Part shown: in pieces, positions 53,655-64,000 of the stretch
Numbering within the stretch: the stretch's first letter is position 1
How the letters are laid out: the number at the start of each line of letters is the position of its first letter
Assembly (NCBI GenBank): GCA_020137815.1
Contig: CM035358.1
Coordinates: 3,286,001 to 3,350,000, forward strand
DNA length: 64,000 bases
Source: Hormiphora californensis
Lineage: Eukaryota; Animalia; Ctenophora
Direction: 5' to 3'
Program-made: the position numbers and the translations under genes
The notes under the pieces: generated by a model
Told to the model about the DNA's origin: nothing
The model's input: only the letters and a program-made list of their open reading frames with translations
Databases searched by the model: none

Positions 53655-55547
53655 ATGGCTGAAGACTCTGACCAAGATAGTGACATTTCCACGGATTCCT
53701 TGCAAAATGAGCCCGGTGAATTGACCGAGAAAGTCGTTGGAAAATGTCTCTCGAATCGGGGGTACTCTGCAGACGGAACAATGCTCGTTTACTTAGATCT
53801 TTGTTTAGAGAACAAAAGTCTTACCAACGTAGCACTACTGGAAAACTACCGATTTATCCAGAATCTTGATCTGTCTAACAACAAGCTCCGAAACATCAGT
53901 GTAATTTCAAACCTCAAATACCTTCTCAACCTCAATGCCTCTAACAACCAACTTCAGTCTCTTCCCTGTTTGGAACACCCATTCAACCTCCTCTCAGCAA
54001 ACTTTTCCTACAACAACATCCACGACATAGGAATGATTGGTCAGGTCCCCAGTCTTCTCACTCTAAACCTAGATAGCAACCAGATTCAACATATTCATGG
54101 GCTGGACGGTTGCTCTAGTTTAAAGGAGCTCAGTTTAAATCACAACAAAATCTCCACAATCACAGGACTGGACCGGCTTCATTTGCACGTTCTTCACTTG
54201 AACAACAATAATATTGTCAAGATCACCGGGCTAGATGAGTTAGGAAAACTCCAATCCCTTCATCTCGCTTACAACAGTATCCGTTCTCTACGGGGCCTCT
54301 CTGGTAAAATGGTCCTGTCTGAGTTACGTCTGGAAGGAAATGACATCATTGACCTACTTGAGATTAAACAACTCCAGAGTACACCACTCCTTCGTCGCCT
54401 CACTCTAACTGGTAACCCGCTAACCTGTCTCCCGGACTACCGATCCCATCTCCTGTTCTACCTCCGCCAGTTGTCGCATCTTGACGAGTGCAGGATCCTC
54501 CCTGAAGAGAAGATAGCCGCGGTGAACAAGTTCGAGCCTCCACTGGAAGTTATAGCCGCCCAGAACCATGTCATGCACCTTGTTAAGAACCTGGTTCACC
54601 CCATCCACATTAAGGCGAGTGTGATCAGCGACCAAACTACTGTGTACCCCGTTCTCGTCCTCACCGGACCCCACGGGAGTGGCAAGAACGAGTTAGCTAA
54701 GCGGCTAGTCGCACAGTCCGGGCAGACATTCCGGCTGATCAAGTTGTACTCTACAAAGAAGGTGAGCGAGATGGATCAGTCTCTAATTCCAGTATCACGT
54801 GATCAATACGAAGATATGACGTCATCGGGACAGTTCATTGCTTCCTACGAGGTCGGATCTGTTAGTTATGCTGTTAGTGGAGAACACATTGAGCAAGCTG
54901 CGGCTGATGGGGTGGCATGTGTGATCTGCTGTGAGTTGGAGGGAGTGTTGTCTCTAAAGAGAACTGCATACCAACCCCGCGTGGTCCTTCTCTCTCCCCT
55001 GGATACCGTCAAACACGAGGAGAGGATGAGGGTGAGGGAGAGGTACACCGAACCCCAGATCTCCTTGTCTCTAAAACGTACCGAGATGTACAACAAATAC
55101 CACTCTGATCACCATGGATTGTTTGATCTGGCTATCAACAGCTCAGATGTCGACCAGGCATTCACCAAACTAATCCAACTAGTCGAGTACTACTCCGGTC
55201 AAAGATCTGGTGTTGGACCGGGCCAGTCTGAGGTTATCAAATCAGCCCCAGAACTATCCTTCCGACAATGGAGCTGCGGGTCAATGTCATCTTTTGAGAA
55301 CCAGGCACGATTCCCAAACAAGGAGTCCGTTGTTAAGAGTGCTGTGAAGGGTGTCACTCATCCAGTTACACCAGCCCAGCGTGCTGCATCTCGCAGTTCC
55401 TCCTCCTATGTGTATCCAGATACAGGGGATTTGTCTTGTCTGAGTAACACGGAGTTCTCTTCCTCGACTGAGTTGTCTGCCACTGCCAGGTCGCTAGTTC
55501 AACTGAGGAATGTGGCCGTACCTCCCCTCACTCACCGCACCATGTGA
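53655..55547 (+). CDS. LRGUK: Leucine-rich repeat and guanylate kinase domain protein, intronless
   Basis: SDS22-like LRRs (LDLSNNKL, LSLNHNKISTITGL), an LRRcap (NPL..LPDYR..L..LD), then a GK domain (LVLTGPHGSGK). The likely start MAEDSD at 53655 follows a ttttag acceptor. Confidence 0.9.
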   Translation: MAEDSDQDSDISTDSLQNEPGELTEKVVGKCLSNRGYSADGTMLVYLDLCLENKSLTNVALLENYRFIQNLDLSNNKLRNISVISNLKYLLNLNASNNQLQSLPCLEHPFNLLSANFSYNNIHDIGMIGQVPSLLTLNLDSNQIQHIHGLDGCSSLKELSLNHNKISTITGLDRLHLHVLHLNNNNIVKITGLDELGKLQSLHLAYNSIRSLRGLSGKMVLSELRLEGNDIIDLLEIKQLQSTPLLRRLTLTGNPLTCLPDYRSHLLFYLRQLSHLDECRILPEEKIAAVNKFEPPLEVIAAQNHVMHLVKNLVHPIHIKASVISDQTTVYPVLVLTGPHGSGKNELAKRLVAQSGQTFRLIKLYSTKKVSEMDQSLIPVSRDQYEDMTSSGQFIASYEVGSVSYAVSGEHIEQAAADGVACVICCELEGVLSLKRTAYQPRVVLLSPLDTVKHEERMRVRERYTEPQISLSLKRTEMYNKYHSDHHGLFDLAINSSDVDQAFTKLIQLVEYYSGQRSGVGPGQSEVIKSAPELSFRQWSCGSMSSFENQARFPNKESVVKSAVKGVTHPVTPAQRAASRSSSSYVYPDTGDLSCLSNTEFSSSTELSATARSLVQLRNVAVPPLTHRTM

Positions 55548-55882
55548 TTTTAGAAGAACTTATTAGCTGAGGGTGGATCGAGGGTCGAAGAAAAGGACTG
55601 AGAAATAGAAAAGAGAGTGGATAGAGATAAGATCAGACAGTTTGAAATTGGACCATGCGGTGTCACTGAGTGTGTAAATAAACTGTAAACATGTTTATAA
55701 CAAGTGAACTTTTATTAAAATGATCAGATTTATTCCATTATTCTCTGTCTACACTCTACATCATTATATATTATTACCCACTTAACCTCTCTTCTAGGAT
55801 CCCATCTCTTACCTACTGTATTTCATCTTCCCAAACTAATATTATCCCCTCCACTCCCCTCTAGGTAGAACAAAATGTCAGT

Positions 55883-57334
55883 ATGGCACTCAGTACTCTA
55901 AGGCTACGTGAGACTCAGCTCTCCCACTCCCGACAGCTCCCCAAACCAGCCCGACCCTCACCTCAAGACCTCAATGAGGTACTTTCACTCAGTCGAAACC
56001 TCCGGACTCTAAAAGTCTCGGAGGCCCCGGACTTCTTCTCAAAGAAACCCGTTCTACCACAAATATCACCTGGTATCAAATTCACGGATGTTGATACCCC
56101 CGTTCTCGATGCAGAGCTGGAGAGTGTTTGTGCGGCTGTGGATGAGAGCAGTATCATTCGATTCCTCCAGAAGTCCCAGATCAAGTTGAATGTTCTGGTA
56201 CACTGGTGGTGGGATGATATCAACTCTCTCCAGTTTCTAAACTGGTGGTTTACCAAGTTCTCCTATGAAATGCGATGTGATTGGTTTAAATTGGAGTGCA
56301 GTATCCTGTTGGAGGAGATATCTGCTGTGATCAAGACAACTGTGCCCAACAGGAAGGTTATGGAATTCCTACTAAAAATCCTCCATGAGCACCCTGATCA
56401 GTTTTGTGATGAGGACGAGGGTTCCTGTCTACCCAACATGATTGAGGTCCTGGTTTCTAATGATAAGAACAGATATTGTGCACTTCTCTCTGACGTAAAG
56501 ATGAAAAGTGCTAAACAGGAACGGATCCTAGCTCTCAGAAGTCATTTTATCATCAGTTTGTGTTATGCAGCGATCAAGTTCTACAAGAAGCTACAGACAG
56601 AGGGTGTTCATGACAAGACACGGCCGGTATCACGTGGAGGCCGTGTGACGTCAGCCTCTCTAACGCGTGAGCCGTCACGCGTGATGACCGCTGGAATGAT
56701 GATGATGAGCAGAGAAAGGACAATTGATATTCCCGTGATTAGTCCCGCTGGTTCACGTCCCACTACTGCACAGAATACAGCACGACTAGAACAGCACAAC
56801 ATTAAACGTGCGTTTGATTGTGTGAGTTGCGGGTACGGTGTAGTACTTGGCTACCTTTTTGAACAGGGACACATAACAACAGAGATATGCGATGATCAGG
56901 GAAGAAGTCTGGTGTTTGTAGCAGTACTGCACAAGCAACACTCCATTCTAAATAATCTGATTGAAGCAGGGGCTAATGTTGACCAAGTTGCTGACAATGG
57001 AAATACTCCACTTCATGTAGCTGCCTCTGCTGGCAACTCAATAGCTCTGAATATCCTATTAAAGGGTGGTGCTGACCCACGGCTTTTCAATCCTGAGAGC
57101 AATGGAGCAACTCCTCTTCACCTAGCGGTGCTGAGTGACAGTTTGGACTGTGTTGTGTTGTTGTTGGGGGGAGGAGCGGACCCACTTTCCAAGATGGGCT
57201 GTCCGGCGGACACTAGCGTGGTAGACCTTGCCCAGCAGCTTGGGAACAGTGACATTGTGAGACTGTTGATCGGGGCCATGCCTGTCCGTCCTGATAGTGC
57301 ATTGTGTACCGAGGGAGGGTATAGTATGGAGTGA
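55883..57334 (+). CDS. Uncharacterised protein with C-terminal ankyrin repeats (483 aa), intronless
   Basis: Ankyrin motifs GRSLVFVAV, NGNTPLHVAAS..GADP and NGATPLHLAV..GADP. I do not recognise the N-terminal region. Confidence 0.85.
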   Translation: MALSTLRLRETQLSHSRQLPKPARPSPQDLNEVLSLSRNLRTLKVSEAPDFFSKKPVLPQISPGIKFTDVDTPVLDAELESVCAAVDESSIIRFLQKSQIKLNVLVHWWWDDINSLQFLNWWFTKFSYEMRCDWFKLECSILLEEISAVIKTTVPNRKVMEFLLKILHEHPDQFCDEDEGSCLPNMIEVLVSNDKNRYCALLSDVKMKSAKQERILALRSHFIISLCYAAIKFYKKLQTEGVHDKTRPVSRGGRVTSASLTREPSRVMTAGMMMMSRERTIDIPVISPAGSRPTTAQNTARLEQHNIKRAFDCVSCGYGVVLGYLFEQGHITTEICDDQGRSLVFVAVLHKQHSILNNLIEAGANVDQVADNGNTPLHVAASAGNSIALNILLKGGADPRLFNPESNGATPLHLAVLSDSLDCVVLLLGGGADPLSKMGCPADTSVVDLAQQLGNSDIVRLLIGAMPVRPDSALCTEGGYSME

Positions 57335-57667
57335 GAGAGAGAGGCTGGATCTCTCTATTGAATGTCAGGGGAACTATGTTATGATATTGCTTGTTACTGG
57401 AGTGTTGTTGGGAAAATATTACTCGCTGTGTTTTTTGTTGTGCTGTGTGCCGTTCTACTCTATTGAGCAACTTTTTGTAACGCGCGAGTGTTGTACTGTG
57501 ATCTCCCTCGCGCGCCTTTACACCCCGTTGCCCCAGTAACCCTGCCTTCAGTGTGTGTAATATTTTCTCTGTCTCTGCTCCCAATTAAATCCCGGGGCCT
57601 CCCCTATTTCCTTCCTGTTCCCCTACCCCATTAGCCACTAATTAAACCCCTCCCCTCTCTATTAGTC

Positions 57668-58913
57668 ATGAATGTGGAACTGTACGGCAAGATCAAGGAC
57701 CATGATTTCCATATGGTGAAGCTGGCCCTGGATACTATTGACAGGGACCACACTGGAGCCCTTGCCTCCAACGTTCACAGCCTCACTGATACAGACTGGG
57801 AATCCTTCCTCGACAAAACTAAAAATGAGTTTAGGGGAGAAATGTGGGGCTTCAAATGTGGCTCAATGACCTTTGTGGATGGGCAGTTGATTGGAAATGG
57901 GGATGACTTTATGCGATGGGCAAAGGAGAAGTTTGGACTGATCGATTTCCGGCCACCCGCATTCTACGAGGGTCTATCAAACCAGGCCTACAAATCATAT
58001 CTTGAGAACCCTGATAGAGATGTGGTATATGTTGACTTGGTGCACGATAAATCCCCCATGGGCCGAATGATATTTGAGTTGTACCGAGATATCGTCCCTG
58101 ATACCGTCGGTAACTTTGTGAAACTACTGACAGCCAAATCAGAGAAGAAATACATTGGATCTCTCCTGCACAGGATTGTGAAGAGCGGATGGGTACAAGG
58201 TAAATATCAAATATCTCTCTTTTACTTCAACCCACTTTGAGTGAAATGCAGCTAATAACAACACAGCAATATCTAGATTGGTAATTAGTTCGGTACCACA
58301 AACAACCTCCATCTCAACACTAAACATCTTGCAGGTGGTGACATAGTAAATGGTAGTGGTGGTAACTCAGACTCAGCAGCCGGAGGAAAATTCCCTGACG
58401 AGAACTTTGCCATTAAACACGATCGGGCAGGAATTATAGGCATGGCTAATGATGGTAGGTATCTCATTCTATTTCTACATTTCTCTCCCACTCCTTTCTC
58501 TCTTCCCCTCACCCCCCCCCCCCACCCCCCCCCCCTCACCATTAGAGCACTCTAAACCCCATCTCCCCATTCCTCCAGCCCCCCATCTAACCCCCATCTC
58601 CCCATTCCTCCAGTCCCCATCTAACCCCCATCTCCCCATTCTTCCAGCCCCCCATCTAACCCCCATCTCACCCTTCCTCCCGGCCCCCTCTAACCCCCAT
58701 CTCCCCCTTCCTCCAGGTCCCCACACGAACGGCTCACAGTTCTACATCACATTTGGTCCCGCCCCCTGGATGGATCACACCTATGTAGCGTTTGGTTGTC
58801 TTATCGAGGGACAGCACATTCTGAGGGACTTGGAAAACATTGAAACAGTGAACGAGCGACCTAAGAGGCCCCTAACGGTCCATGATTGTGGGCTGCTAAA
58901 AGATGCCTTGTGA
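57668..58913 (+). CDS. PPIL6: Cyclophilin-like PPIL6 (radial spoke RSP12-like), 3 exons
   Basis: Exons 57668-58199, 58335-58454, 58717-58913. A thioredoxin-like N-terminus is followed by a cyclophilin domain (HRIVKSGWVQGGD, FPDENF, MANDGPHTNGSQFYIT, WMD..YVAFG..IEG). Confidence 0.88.
58549..58716 (+). repeat. ~33-35-bp tandem repeat of the intron 3' end (CTAAC..pyrimidine tract..CCAG) x5 in PPIL6 intron 2
   Basis: Unit ccccatctaacccccatctccccattcctccag. The last copy supplies the in-frame acceptor. Confidence 0.9.
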
Positions 58914-58986
58914 GGGGTGTCCCAGGAACTAAATATCTTGTGAGAATAAGGGAGAGAGGGACTGATTTTATAAAAACAGAACATGA

Positions 58987-61606
<2,620 letters not shown>

Positions 61607-62071
61607 GGCGACAGGACAAACAAAACAAAGATCGGAACAGGAATATTGATTTTGAGAAAAACAAGATCACGGGCTGATGGAGAGACAGGATGAGGAAGGT
61701 AAATACTTCAGGGTAAATACTTCAGGGTATTTGGATAATATAGTTCTATAGACTGATAATATAGTTCTATAGACTGAGAAAGGAAACACAAACAGAGCAA
61801 CCTCTGGAGAGTCTAATCAGTGCGGGGAGAACCTGCAGTGACATTGCTTTTGTTAGCTGTCTCTCAGAACTAAGAAGGCTTGTAAAATATTAGGATCTTT
61901 GCTCGGTGATACAATTTAGGTCACAACAAAAGCACACTGTATAACAGTGTACACAACAAAACAAAGCAGGTCATTGGCAAGGTGCCACCTGCAGTACACT
62001 GGTGCAGTACAACTTGTACACTGGTGCAGTACAACTTGTACACTGGTGAATTACACCACGTAGTGTACTAC

Positions 62072-62172
62072 TTGGCCACATTGATGCCTGAGTGAGATCG
62101 AGGTCGCGCAGCGACCGAGATCGATCTCACATCTATTATTCGCGGAGCGAGAATAGGATGCGATGGATCCAA
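62072..62172 (+). mobile_element. 101-bp TTGG..CCAA mini-element (empty form of the composite at 25874)
   Basis: Identical to the outer parts of 25874-26416. TSD GTGTACTAC at 62063-62071 and 62173-62181. Confidence 0.88.
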
Positions 62173-63471
62173 GTGTACTACTGCATCGCAATTATACTGG
62201 CCTGGGTAAGGGAACAATACCTGGATCACACTGACACAACACAGAATATATTTATTGTGTGTGTTCTCCTGGGTTCGGTGCGGTGTATTGAAACACATGA
62301 CCAGGTTGTTGAGAGTAACAAGGACTAGGAGGGAATGATATAGGACTAGAGAGGCAGGGGACTAGAGATAGGACTGGAGAGAGGGGATGAGGAGGTCGAA
62401 CAAAGAAGCAATTATTCACTGCCTTACAGTGTTGGCAGTGTATAATTGATCATTGCATGATAATTACTAGAACACAAACAGTTTACAATGCACACATGTA
62501 GGACAATACAATGTACATGGAGCGAGGGACTAGGGAGCTATTTTCTCCCACTACAAAAAGACCCTGAGACAGCCGGGAAATGTCTTCCTACTAGAAGCAG
62601 ATGTAACATGAGAGAGAGGGGGACAGCTGGGGAATGAATGATAGATAGTGGAAGTAATAAGATACAAGTTACACTGTTACAGTCCTGATATGGTACAACT
62701 ACAACAACTGCAGTGGGGAGATGGGAAGTACAAATGGGAAAGTAAATATTATGTTCCTTCTATGATTGCCCTCACTGTGTGATTTCTCTCACATCACAGC
62801 TTCCAAGGATTATATTTCATTCGGACATAACATAATCCTATAATAGCATGTAACACCTTGTGGCATGCTGTAGGTAGCATGTGACATTGCGTGACGGGAG
62901 GTGTGTAGCTGGGGAGGATGTCTTTAGGATGTCTTTAGCCAAAATAGTCCGCAGAAAGAGAGAGAGAGAGAGAGAGGGACTGAGAGAGAAAAAAGAAGAG
63001 AGAAATAAAGAGGGCTACATATTGTGTGTGTGACAGGAAGTGACAATTAGATGTGTGATACAGTGACAGGTGTTACAGCTAGTAAATGTTACAGCATAAC
63101 ACTAGCAGGGGTGAGTGTAACACGACAGAGTACAGACAAATGAAACAACAGTACATGTAACACGACAGAGTACAGACAAATCAGACAACAGTACATGTAA
63201 TACGAGACAGAGTACAGACAACAAGGACAAGGGACTCAGACAGGAAGGGAGCCATATTTAAGAGAACAAGAATGTTCAAGTTTCCATTTGATCCGTGATG
63301 ATGGCCGATATTTGGCCCCAGTTCCAGCCGGTAAAACCAATAAAAACACGTCATATAAAGTGTTGCAAATAATTTAGATTTTTTCAACCGCTCTACGCGT
63401 CAAACACCGCCAGTACAATGTACAATACACAGAGCCTACTACGCACGGTGGGAGCTAGCCCCCTCTCGGAA

Positions 63472-63585
63472 CCCTCTCCCCTAGTGCTGGAGAGAGGGTG
63501 GGAGAGCCCCCTCTCCCCTAGTGCTGGAGAGAGGGTGGGAGAGCCCCCTCTCCCCTAGTGTTGGAGAGAGGGTGGGAGAGAGGGG
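63472..63585. repeat. ~37-bp tandem repeat x3 (CCCTCTCCCCTAGTGCTGGAGAGAGGGTGGGAGAGCC)
   Basis: Read directly. Other short tandem repeats lie at ~63117-63220 (~41 bp) and ~61996-62048 (22 bp). Confidence 0.8.
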
Positions 63586-64000
63586 AACACACCATGTACA
63601 CACTATTTAAACAACTGGTGTATCATAGTTGAGGAACAGCAGGGAGAGGGATAAAATCATCATTCTCAACCCTACTTCCCTCATTCTCTCTTTCATCATC
63701 TTCATCATCATTGTCGCAACTGGGGCGAAATACGTTTGGGGGATGTGGAGTAAAAAGCCTAAAAAAATACAAATTGCTCAAGAAGAAGCATTCTCTCACA
63801 CTCAATTAGGGAAGTTAATTGGGGGGATTGTTACAAATCAAAAAAAGGGGGGCCAATATCCCCATGTTGGTGATGGGGGACACACAGGTGGTAAAAATAA
63901 CGCGTGCCAGTTAACGCGTGACAGTTAACGCGTGACAAGTGTCCACGTGACGCATATTAGTACGCCAGTTCATCAACTTCACTCTCGCTCTCATCCTCAT

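Noticed and set aside
58449-58716. Pro/His-rich N-terminus of ORF 58449-58913
   Set aside because: This is read-through of the repeat-filled PPIL6 intron 2.

Overview
This window is eukaryotic (animal) genomic DNA with GT-AG introns, many (CT/GA)n and (TCTG)n microsatellites, and several badly assembled homopolymer-rich stretches. The small repeats and gene style suggest a ctenophore (Pleurobrachia-like); this comes from recall and has not been checked by search. I built these gene models by hand from splice sites. (1) An 11-exon secreted protein with two C-type lectin domains, a K/A/E-rich helix and a cassette of KR-flanked, amidation-type peptides; this is the most striking feature. (2) An acidic disordered protein with a GAP43-like LCCFRR motif and a MARCKS-like basic domain. 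(3) An SR splicing factor (RRM, two Zn knuckles, RS domain) whose large intron holds a same-strand sushi/GPI gene. (4) A FoxQ2-like factor. (5) NXF1, head-to-head with a co-directional LRGUK - ankyrin - PPIL6 cluster that may be a trans-spliced ciliary operon. (6) A K2P potassium channel. Mobile DNA includes a full-length R4/Dong-clade retrotransposon inserted in a (GA)n tract. It has an HDV-like ribozyme at its 5' end and two DNA-transposon insertions in its RT, one of them itself nested. Several foldback and MITE elements have readable target-site duplications (TSDs). Many 3' splice sites are tandemly duplicated.
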